A stretch of 64,000 bases of DNA from Amoebophrya sp. A120 (taxonomy: Eukaryota; Protista; Dinoflagellata), in assembly GCA_905178155.1 (NCBI GenBank), contig CAJINV010000006.1:2235700-2299699 (forward strand), written 5' to 3'. Of this stretch, positions 23,941 through 34,974 are shown in pieces; the first letter of the stretch is position 1; the number at the start of each line of letters is the position of its first letter. The position numbers and the translations under genes are program-made. A model generated the notes under the pieces. The model worked only from the letters and a program-made list of their open reading frames with translations, had not been told where the DNA came from and did not search any database.

Positions 23941-26900
23941 TCACGTACTTGTTTCAGCTCCGCCTCCAAGCGTCTTGACCTTGGTGTCAAAAAATTCCGT
24001 TTGCTTCTGCACCATGTCCGCGTTTTGAATTAACATGTTCACCCGGTCCTTTTGCTCTTCCACGCCCGCTATGCATTACAAATATGTAGTCTGGGTCTGG
24101 AAGAAAGCCAGCTTTGTCATGCAGATTCTGCATGACCCCTGATGCCTGTAATGCATGGCCTAGCATCACAGATCTTTAGAGGGCTTCCGGATGATTATTC
24201 TGCATGTGAAATGCCACCCACACCCTCTCGTCCGTGTAGAACAAACTGCACTCCTCTACTTGCCGCTCATGCAATACAGATTTTTTTCGAATCCGAAAAC
24301 AGCGTCACAAGTTACAACCTTCCAGACCCAGACATATTTGCAGTTGATACCCGCTTTGTTTCCCACCCGCACGTTTTCCAGCTTCCGGGCGTAGTGCCCC
24401 GCGAATTTGTTCCGACTCCGTGCGGGCGAGGTAGATGACCCCGCTTCCACCTTTTCCGGCAGATTGGATTGGAACTTGTTTTGTACCAGCAACTGCTTCA
24501 CGATGGTCAGCTCGTTTTTCCCCGCGCGGGACCCGACGTGCTGGCACTCCCGGCAATAGTGAGCTTGGATCAGGGCACGGGAGAAGTCGTTGTTTTGGTA
24601 AATGTCATCGTTGCTCACCTGGTTGTTTTTGCTGGACTGTTCGTAACTTCGGATCTGGGCGAAGGTACCCTCTTCCAAATACCGAACGCCGGAGTGCAGT
24701 TGCATCCAGTAGTAAAAATTCCAGGACCGCTGAAACCTGGTGAAGCCTTGCGCCACTGCCAACCGGTCGACATCCACTGTTGCGCCCTCGATTTTTTTGT
24801 TTGTGCAAAAATTCTCCGCGGGCAAATCCTTGTCCCCCTCGGAGTTGTTCTTCTTTCCGCAGTAGTTGCTCGCGTGGAACTGTTCCGCAAACGGGGAAAA
24901 AACCGATTTTTTGTAAAGTTTTTTCATGTCTGGGTTTTCGTTTTTCCCCAAGCAGGTGCACCGATCCCCCTCGTTGATCGCGATGTGGAACTGAAATTTC
25001 GGAAAAACGGTGGTCCGCATGTGCGCGGAAACGTCGTCGAGCTGGGTTTTTGGCGTTTCTTCCGTTGACTCCACTGCGTACTGCTGGTTTCCGGCCATAA
25101 CGCTGTATTCGTAAAACTCCATCAGCGCTTCCGGGTCGTCGTACCCTTCAAAAAAGGCGACCGGGTAGTAGAAAGCCGGGGGAGTGGTGCTGTCGTCGGT
25201 GTCTTCATTTGTTCCACGATCAGTTGTACTTGTGTAGCTCACATAGCCAGCGGTCACGCCTGGGTCAGGCAGCTCGTAGATCGGGAATGTCACTTCCGGC
25301 TGGCCTATGGATTGCAAAAGTGTCTGGGTCTGGAAGATTGCAACTTGTGATGCGTGTTGCGGATCATACAAAAATCTGTGTAGCTTGAGTTGCGAAAGGT
25401 GTTCATTTCTGGCCATGCTGCGAGGTCATTTCTCATGCGGAACAATAGGCATCACCAAGGGGCTGCAGAACCTGTGATGCTAGGCTCTGCATTCCAGGCT
25501 CGGCGGAGCTTGGAAAAACTGCATGACAATCTCGGACCTTCCAGACCCAGACATTTTTGCATTTGATATGGCCCAACAGAGGTTGTTGCGGCTCGGCGTC
25601 GTACCACATTTTCAGGCCCGCCGGTAACTGGTCATCCGTTTCCAGCGACCACCCGGGCTCCCCCCTCGTCGCTCCCGACTCCACGTCCGGCGACTTGCAT
25701 CCCGCGCCCCGACCGCCACCGAGGCAGCGGTTCATTTTCCAATTTTCGGTCGACCGCAGATTGTCCAAGAAGAGATACCGATCGGCGCCCCCGAACACCA
25801 CCTGCACCCGGAAATCCTTGTCGGCAGGAACCTCCTTATGCACACAAATTTCCCGTACATGTACAAGGTGCATCACAAATTTCGCCAATTAGGAGCGCAA
25901 AACCTGTCATGGTAAACTAGGATCGAAGCCAAGTTTTGTCATGCACAGACCGCACTTGTACGTGTACGGGAAATTTACTGTGGATACTCCTTCATCTTGC
26001 TGACCAACGCCCAGCCCTGGACGAAACTGGCGGCGCGGTTTCCGAACCCGGCGACAACGATTTGCTTCTGCACGGAGGCGGCGAGAGGATTGAGAATCTT
26101 ATGGAAGCGTCAGGGTTGAAATCGACAACGTTGAACAAATGATCTGTCATGCAACATAAAATGGATACCACAACCACTTGGAAGCCCAATTTTCAAGCGG
26201 CGCATGACAAATTTTAGGAGCCCTGGAATCCAATTTCTCATGCTGTTTGGGCACAGAATACTGCTTTTGTCATGCTCCTCTAGCAGCTCTAACCCAAACC
26301 CTAAATGGGCTCACAATCTGCCTCATTTGCCATCCCGGCAAGACAGGCACTTCATGCCTTGCATTTTATGCACGAGAAATCATTTCAACGTTGACGATTT
26401 CAATCCTGACGGGTCCATAAATCTTGTCGAAAATTTTGTAGCTGGTGTCCACTTCGTACCCATCGAAATCGTAGCTCGGCTTCCCCAGCAGAGCCTGCTC
26501 GTTGTCGGTTCCGTCCCAGTACAGCACTTGGTATGGAACATCAGAGCTTGTTTTCCCCTCTCTTTCGCTCCGGAACCACGGGACAACGACCTCGTAATTC
26601 ACCACTTCATCCTCCTCATCCTCCCACTTGTTAGCCCAGTGCTCACACAACTCCTTCGCGTTTTTCTTCCCGGAATCATCAACGTCGGGAACGACGACCA
26701 AAACCCGGGTCGTGGGGTTGATTCGCTCTTCTGTGTGCAAAATCTCGTTCTTGGTCGAGTACACGTCTGTGCGCATGGGGCTGTCCGAGCTTTTTTCGCC
26801 GTAATACCCCGTGGTGTACACGCAGGATCGGTTTTTTCGCTTCAGTTTTTGCGCTTTCACTTTTTCTTGGGTCGTTGTAGTTTGCGATTGCGATTTTTCC

Positions 26901-27298
26901 AGAAAATAAGCTTCTTCGCTTGTTTCAGGTCGTGGAGGGTCCTCGTCGTCGTCGGAAATGGTCATCTTCCCGGTCGTAATCTTCTCCTTGTGGTCCTTTC
27001 GCGTCACGTCGTTGTCGTGCGTAGAAGAAGTTGTACCACGATCGGCATCTTCGCCGGAGAGATCATGCGTCTTCTGCGTTTTCGAGCCTGGTAGTTCTCC
27101 AATAGTTGTTCCTGAAGTAGATGAACTCGGTCCACCACCCGCCCCAACGCGTCCCCGGAGCCGCTCCAACATGGGCGTACCACCAGAAGTGCGGCCCCTA
27201 CGATCTCCATTTGTTCCATCGACCGTTCCCAATACCGGACCCAAGGAAACCGCGGACGCCAGCGTGGCAGAGGAGGCGGCGGTTTGAAAAAGTCTCAT
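23941..27298 (-). CDS. Hypothetical protein, possibly with an alpha/beta-hydrolase-like fold (paralog 2)
   Basis: ORF restored by removing 4 TIR elements. Shares VLVVVPDVDDSG, DFRVQVVFGGA and QGFTRFQRSW.FYYWMQLHSGVR with paralog 1. Confidence 0.8.
24070..24349. mobile_element. TIR introner-like element, family B
   Basis: Family B TIR; DR CCCGC. Confidence 0.9.
25306..25568. mobile_element. TIR introner-like element, family B
   Basis: Family B TIR; DR TGGCC. Confidence 0.9.
25837..25986. mobile_element. TIR introner-like element, family G (150 bp)
   Basis: TIR TAT.CACA..AAATTTCCCGTACA.GTACAAG; DR CTCCT. Confidence 0.9.
26100..26419. mobile_element. TIR introner-like element, family D
   Basis: TIR TATGGA..CGTCAGG.TTGAAATCG.CAACGTTGAA; DR AATCT. 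Confidence 0.9.
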
Positions 27299-28805
27299 TT
27301 TCTTCGGCAAGGCAGGAGTTCAGGTAGCACTTTTTGTTTTTCCGGTAAACTTGAGAGCCGTGTCAAGGTTTAGAAGAGTCTTAGTAATTTTGAGTTTTGC
27401 TTTAATGGTACGGGAAAAGCCGCTTTCAAAATTCGATGAAGCTAAAAAATAATTTTTTGGTCGTGCCCGTGGATCTTCACACTCACTGCTTGTGTCTCAT
27501 TAAGAGAGCCAGCAACTACAACTTTGGCTGTCTGCAGTAGAAATATTAACTGTTGTAAATAAGAAGCTGTACTGGCTTCTTTGAGTCAAAAGATCGTACG
27601 ACTGTGGACCTGTTGTTTGGCAAGTAAAAAGGAAAAACCACGTTAAGACGAGCAATAAAATATGGTGCCCGTGAAGACAACTCCCAGCAGTTTGAGGTCG
27701 ACGAACATAGAACAACGACTTTGGGCGATGAGTGTGATTTTTACTACTGGCACGAATTGATAGTCGCCACGACGAACGAATATCGTGAGTGGGATAAGTG
27801 AAGTATCCTCAATACGAAGACAAGGACGACACATGAGGGCGCTTCTTCATACTCCTCTAGAAACACACGACGAACTCTGGAAGAGATGGGACGACAACGA
27901 AATTCAGAACAAGGACGATGACCACAAAGCACACAGTCCCTGCACGAAGACTTATTGTAACTGTAAGTGCTTACGCTTTGATTAATATCAGACACCGAAA
28001 CAATATTACGGCAAATGTCGGCACCATGGAGCAATGAATGGCACGGAGAGAAATTTGCCGACTCCGCGCAGAACATCTTCCGGAAGAAAAGATCAGGACT
28101 TGGATTCCTGCGTGTCTCTGCTTCAGCAAAGCGCATTGGAATTGACATTCAAACGCCGGGGGCGGCAAAATAGAGGCGGGTAGATTGAAATTCCTGTACT
28201 AGGGGTAGGGGAGTAGTTCCCACTCCACTGCAGTCACGCTTGGTCTGACTGGGCCCAGATCTCCTACGTCTCGACGGGTTCGGGTAAAGACTATCATCTT
28301 CAAGGTGAGATATATTTATAATACTGTGCTAAAGGGAATAGACGAGGGGAAGAGGGAAGCAATCCTCGACATGTGATGTTGGAATGCGACATCGACTGTA
28401 GGTGAGTCCTATTCGAATTTATTTCCGGGCTCAATCAGTAGCACGATGGTCTGTCCGGGATGCGCTACATAAATCTTAAAAGGCTTGCAGACTTCTAAAC
28501 GAACAAAAAATAGATGGGTGGCGCATGCAGTTTCGGTTAGGATGAATTCGAATACCATAATGGCGAACAAGTAGGTTGTAGTTGTACGACGTGACAAAAT
28601 GCGACAGTGGTCTATTTTCATGCATTTCGTTTTACATCAGGGCAAAAGAGTAGCTGCAACGAATGCAAGAATTTCCGCGCACCGCGGTGTTGTTACGAAT
28701 CGTAATCGTATTCGTAATAGATTCATTTTATACTAAATCAATAAAATGTTGATGATGATGGTGCAATACATATGATCATGTAAAAACGATTTGAGTTACT
28801 TTGTT

Positions 28806-29354
28806 TCATACATCATGGCACACCTGAATATCTCTGTCTCCCACGTTGTCGCCGTTGCCGCCTGGGGGGCAGTTAGTAGTCAAGGCGTCAGCGAAGCAAG
28901 TTACGCCGCCCCCCCCGCAGGCTAGCCCAAGCGGGTTATATTCCGCATGCACAAACGGAGCCGCTTTGTCGACGCGGAAGCCAGCAGTTGAAAGGTGGGT
29001 CCAATTGTTATGTTGACACGGTGTCCAAAATCCTTTTGCCCTGCCTTCAAAAAGCCAGCAATGGTCGTAGTAAAGGGTGTCCTTAGTTCCGTCCTTGGAA
29101 AAACAGCAAATTGGTGGCTCTTTCTTCACAGACATGTGCTGGAGGTTCTTCTTGGACTCGGTCGAGTGAAGCGAAGCTTTTTCCATCGTCGACGCCGCAA
29201 CTTCGGTTCCGAACCCCGGAAGATGCGTCTCACCGTCCGCACTACTGGCCACGGGTGTTCCGAGGCCGTTGAAGACCTGCATCTTCGTCCCTCGTACCAT
29301 TTTACCTGCAAGTAATGGCGGGGACCGATGGAAACCATCACCATCCGAGTTCAT
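28806..29354 (-). CDS. Hypothetical Cys-rich protein exon; possible upstream exon at ~29493-29666
   Basis: 182-aa ORF with protein-like composition, on the same strand as all other genes. Confidence 0.45.
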   Translation of the reverse strand: MNSDGDGFHRSPPLLAGKMVRGTKMQVFNGLGTPVASSADGETHLPGFGTEVAASTMEKASLHSTESKKNLQHMSVKKEPPICCFSKDGTKDTLYYDHCWLFEGRAKGFWTPCQHNNWTHLSTAGFRVDKAAPFVHAEYNPLGLACGGGGVTCFADALTTNCPPGGNGDNVGDRDIQVCHDV

Positions 29355-30632
29355 CGGGAAATATAATGAAATCTAAACTTAATTATTAAGTTTACAAGAG
29401 GGTGGTCCTTGCAAAGAAAAAGAAACACAAACTACAAAGCCATGAGAATATTATGGCACAATGTGAGAGCTCAAGGCGAAATCATTCTGTACGTGCAACT
29501 CGGTCCTCCATCATCTTCGAAGTGCGCGGCGTGTGGGCGATGCGAACCGCCCCCCCCCCGACTTCATCGAGGGCATCTTCGAGTCGCCTCCCTCTTCACC
29601 GGATTGCTTTAAAGCCGACGCCACCTGCGCTCCGGCAAGCAAAGTCGTAGTCTTTTTCATCGGCATGATTTTTGCTTTTCCGACGGCCTTCTACTTCGGA
29701 GTTTAGTTTATTTCAACAATAAACCACGAGTGGTGGTGGTTAGAGTTGTTGTACGTACTTGGGATTACAAAAAACACGAAATTAAACTTCAATGAAGTCG
29801 GGCCTGTTGTTCGCAGTTGCAAACGCGACAACCAAACAAGAAACTTTCGTGGACCTGACGCTAACAGCTGTAGTTCAATGAGTTTGTTTCTTTTTCTCTG
29901 AAGAACATCTGCATGCTCTTTTTTGTGCGTGCTTATCTCATGTTCAGGGTGATAAAATTATAGAAACAGTAGCTTCTCCGATGAATAAGGTGCCGCGTGA
30001 CGTCGGCGTCGATCACGATTACATAGAACGGAACTGCTCCACGATGACGAAAAAAACGACTGCCCTGCACATACATAACGACTTCAGGAGGATTTCTTTT
30101 CTGCCCTTTGCAAAGATGCACGATTTGACGAATTTTGGTGTCCATTTTCATTTCCTAATTCTATTCCTGTACGGCGTACTACGCCGATACGAACGAATAA
30201 AATATCTGTGTTTGCGCTTACGCTTGTGGACGAGGATGGCAACACGTAAGGTCTCCTGTAGTTCCAGCAACACACAGCGTCGGACGAGCAATATTGAATG
30301 TTGTACCCGGAGAGCGAGATGTCGAAAAACTTCTACTTGAATAAAATAGTATTTTGAATACGCAAGAACGATTTCACTCCAATGCAGCAACAGTCACGTT
30401 GTATGAACACCTCACGCGGAACGAAAACATTTTTCGTACTGCAATTTTATACAATTTTTGTTTTATTTATGAAGATCACGAGGTGGGTAAGAGCTACAGG
30501 CGTCAGCAAGTGCATCTTATTCTTTTCAAGTTGTTCTTGGACTAGTCGTCGTCACCGGCTTTGCCAGGCAGATAACACTCACGTAGGAGCTCGCATTTGA
30601 TAATATTGCATCAAATTATTTAATAAAAGTTA

Positions 30633-32469
30633 TCACACAAACAGCAACACTATCACCACCATGTACAAAATTGTGCAACCGGAGAAAGTATGAAATGCAA
30701 AAGCATCGTACTAGTATAAATCGCATGACAAATTTCCTCAGCATGAGAAATGAAATTTGTAATGCGGATTTAACTTGAGAAAGAAACTTGTAATGCATGA
30801 CTGCGATTACTACGAGTACGATACTTTTGCACAGGATAGAAAGACAAAAAGCGGTAAAACGACACAATGTTCCCGGCCCCGATGCATTTCCCCGTCCAGG
30901 GGCAGTGGTGGTCGAAATCTTGTATGCAGGTGTCGCAAAATTCGCAGTGGTGTAAGTTGTAGCCGTTGTTGGCCACGTTGGGGTAAAAATACTCTTTCAA
31001 AACGCTCCCGTCAGGGTCGCACTTGTTGCAGTAGGAGACGTAGGGGAGGGAAGACGAAGAAGCGAGGTAGTTATTTGCTGTTGTTCTGGTCGTGTCGCTT
31101 CTACTCGAGCTGCTCCCACGATCGTCTGTTGGTACTATTCTTGTTGGCCCACCAGCAGTTGTTCCTGCACCAGCTGAGATTTCAGGATTGGGCTTTTTTC
31201 CGACGTGCTGTAGCGCAAGCCCACCGCTATTGGTCGCTGCGGTTCTACTTGTAGAAGATGAACTACGTGCTGATCCAAGGTCCTTCTCTGCAGCTTCCGT
31301 TCCGGGTATTAAGTCGTCTGGTGAGCTTTCATCAGCAACTGCGGGTATCGGGATCGCCACCGCCCTATGCACGGTCAAGGAATTTTGGTTTCCCAAACTC
31401 GTCCTATCCGGCCTTCTGACAGGAGCTACTCTCCTGGCTTCACTTCTTCCGCGCAACTTCCCCACCATTTCTCGACATTCATCCGGGTAGCAGATGTGTG
31501 CCTCTGGGCTTGCAAACTCGGGCGTCGGCCGGTCTTCGAAATTTGCCACCACACCGGGATCACTCAAACAGGTTTTGAAGAAGTAATAATGGGTGAAAAC
31601 CGCCAGGAGGACAAAGACGATTGTGTTGAAAGTCTTCAAATTCTCATAGTACTCCGTCAATTCCGACACATACCGCGCGCGACTCGCCTGCATCTCTTGT
31701 CTCACGCTCGTGTAATTATCACCAGTAGTCCTGTGTCCAGCGAGCCGCGATGCGGTGATTTGGATTTGCTGTTTGTCGAAGTTCCTGATCAGTCGGCTTT
31801 TCTTCCGGTTGCCCAGAAGCAGAATGAACCGGGAGAAGAAGTGGTACGCCAAACCGAGCATGAAGACGGTTAACGCGATGGAAAACCCGTAATTCGGGCC
31901 GATAAAGAGCGTTGTGTTCGTCCTTGCGTGGTGGAAGACTTTGATGTTGCCGAAACGGGTCCAGAAGGAGTTGCTGCTGGCCGCCCGCCTAGAAGTCGTT
32001 CGAGTTGTCGGGGATGAAGATGATGCTCTTCTAGACGAAGAAACCGGTTGCCGGTCGCGGTTTCCTATCTCGAGATGTCCACCCGTCTGCGCTCCTGCTG
32101 GACTCGGAATTCGGCAAAATTTCGCCCAGCAGGGCAGGAGGCAGCAGAGACAGGCGGGAAGAGGGATGAGGAACTGGGCGCGACGGTTGGGGTCGTTATA
32201 GAAATCGTCTTCATCGTCGGAGAGGGGATGCGAGGAGTTATCATGCTGCTATGCATTGCAAAAGTATCGTACTAGTATCAATCGCATGACAAATTAGCCC
32301 AGCATTACAAACGGAATTTGTCATGCTGATTTGGCTTGGAAACGAGATTTGTAATGCATGACTGCGATGAGTACGAGTACGATACTTTTGCACAGGATAG
32401 GTGCGGGGTGGTTGCAATATCTCCTCGTGGGGACATCGGAGCTGCGGTCGTGTTCGTGCTGGACGACAT
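30633..32469 (-). CDS. DHHC-type palmitoyltransferase
   Basis: HHCEFCDTCIQDFDHHCPWTGKCIGAGN, IGPNY and CLSDPG; frame restored across 2 elements. Confidence 0.92.
30689..30838. mobile_element. TIR introner-like element, family A (150 bp)
   Basis: Family A TIR; DR GAAAG. Confidence 0.92.
32250..32399. mobile_element. TIR introner-like element, family A (150 bp)
   Basis: Family A TIR; DR GCTGC/GGTGC. Confidence 0.9.
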
Positions 32470-32829
32470 GATTTTTTGTCACGTCACGACGCGTCGTGCA
32501 GATAAAGAGGTCCTCCTACTTTCAGCATGTGCCTCAGGTTCGTGTCCTAGTACCACGGTGAGCATGATCTGCAGGGAAACAAACGACAAAACCGATGACA
32601 GGACCCCAGTGAATACACAACTAACAGGCTTCCACCTTCATACAGGTCTTCGGTAGGGGTGAGTAAAAATACGATCGGTAGCGGGTCCGGGACCTCTCGT
32701 ATATAAATATCCCACAAACCAAAGAAAAAAGAACACGGGGCGGCACATGCTCAACAAGCTGGTTGGAATCCGAAACACAGGCCACTTGCTCTCGGCAATG
32801 AATATTAAAAACGGAACGAAGTTTTTTTC

Positions 32830-34100
32830 CGGCACCATGACTGAGCGCCCGCGGGGCTCCGGCGCTCGCTGCGGCTGCGAGGGTGCTCGGCGCGCGGGAG
32901 CGCGTGCGGCGCCCCCGACCGCCCGCGCGCCCAACGAACCGAAGGCCCCCAGGACATCCAACGCCTGAAGGCGACCGAAGCCTACGCACAAACACCCGCC
33001 CCGGCGAACCGCTTCGCCCGAAGGAATCCAGGGCGCGCGGCCCGGCTAAGAAGGCTGGGGCGGGGGCGCGGGCAGCCGGCCACACTGCGTGCCCTGCGCG
33101 CAGGCTCCGCTCGCCGAAACAAAGCGGGGCGAGCACAGAAATAGCAAGCCCGCCCAGGCGGAATGCGCGAACGCTCTGCATGTCGCAGCCGCATCCTAAG
33201 CGAAATCACACAGGCCCCGCCGGCCCGCGGGCGGGGCCGGCCTTGGAGGATTTCGGTGGGCATCGATCGCCGCGAACGTCGGGTCCGGATGAGAACGCCC
33301 CCAGAATAGTCCGCCGGAGGAGAAATCGCACTTCTTCGGCGTAGGGCGCTTGTCGCAACATACACGACCGGACCGGCGCCCTCGGGGCTGTGACCGCGCG
33401 CCCCCTACCCCGCCCGGCCGCGGCCCGGGCGACAGGCGGGGCCGCTTGCCGCCCCCGGCTAGATAGCTCCCGCCTTTTATTTGGCAGGGCGGGGCTGCCA
33501 ATGCTGCGGCTCCACCCCACCCCATCCGCGCGCCGGGTGCCGAGAACGGCGGAGCAGTTTGGCCGAGGCGCAACCCGGTACCCTCGCACCGCCCCCCCCC
33601 CCGTTCGCAGATACGGCGGCAATGCCGCGCCGCCGCCATCTCGGGCGACAGGTGCCCCAGGCTGCTGCGGGTTTTCCTTCCCGCGCCCAATATGGTTTTC
33701 GGGGTCGCCATAGAGTCGAGTACGCGGGGGGGGGGGCCGAGAACCGTGCCCGGCATTTGTCGCACCAGAATACTCCGCCGGTGGCCGTCGCGCAGATCGG
33801 GAGAGCTGCCCCCGCCGTCGTCGCCAGCCGGAAACAGTGCGGGGCGGCTCCGCGGCGGCAAGGGGGCACCCGCCGGCCTTCGGCACTCTCGCACGCCGGT
33901 GGTCTGGTTTGTTAGCAACCAAACCCGGCCCGGCCGCCTTCGCGCGCCCAAACTGGCGCGGCTTCACCACCTCCCGCCATCTGGATCTGGCACGGGGCTG
34001 CGCGCGCGCCGCCTTCCTGGAATCCGCGCCGGCTGCCCGCCCGCTCGGCTTCGATAACAAACGGCGCCGGGCTGAGCAGCAAGGTGGAGGCCACCCCGCC
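32830..34100 (-). mobile_element. Very GC-rich decayed sequence, possibly a Ty3/gypsy pol remnant
   Basis: Fragments PKKCDF..FWG..PDP..AAI..PPRP..GLCDF and LAPL..VW..AF loosely follow the RT thumb/connection order; no intact ORF. Confidence 0.3.
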
Positions 34101-34974
34101 GAAGCCTGTCGCCGTCACCTGTCGCCTTCATCTGTCGCAGCAGCTTGATCAGCTTTGCAAGTGCGGAGGCGGCGTAACGGAAAAGGCGACCGGCGCCCCG
34201 GCCCAGCGCGCGGCATTTCCGCGGCGTGGCACCAACCTCGCAGGCGCTCCAGAGCGCAAGGCCTGTTTTTGTATTTTCTGCTAAGCAAGCTCTCGCCTTT
34301 GCCCGTCCAAAAGTGCGGCTGCGCCACTGCATATCGAAACAATATGCAACCCCTCCCCGAAACGAGAACACATGATTTATGTGGCTGCAACGCTGCTAGC
34401 TGCGGCGTCACAGAACTTCTGTGCGTCGCTTTTGCCGAAAGGCTAAAGACGTCGGACGATACTGATTCGGCTGCACGATTCTTTTTCCACAGCAACAGAA
34501 GTTTCAATTCAGAAAAAGCCCCCTCGCTCTCGTCGTGTCCAGCGAGGACTCGCAGGCACGCTGTCATGAGAGCGCGAGCATCAGAGCCCCGTGCGCCACA
34601 ATCAATGCGAAGCCCCACACCCACCTCTGAGTCTGGGGTGTAGTTCTGCTGCTTGCTGCTTCCAAAGAATAGCAGTCGTATGTTTGAGTTTGAAAAATGC
34701 TACTAGCACTTCTGGAAATTATGTTGACGAAACAACTGTTATGTACAAAGAGCGCGAGGTTTTTGTTCTTGTGCATGTGCTTTTACAATGGCTGAACATC
34801 AAAAAGCCGTGCAGGTTTTTTCTCTATTAAAACCACTACAGCAGCACAAGTAAAATTCAAATTCATTGTACAAGAGAGAGAAACACAAAACTAAAGAATA
34901 TAGAACCCTGATATCTTCATGGATGGTTCTTCTACGTCTAGGTCTATAGAGAGTATCTATTTACTCCTCTTCTA

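Noticed and set aside
19205-27094. Long plus-strand ORFs (19205-19930, 24469-25068, 26204-27094)
   Set aside because: They are antisense shadows of minus-strand exons.
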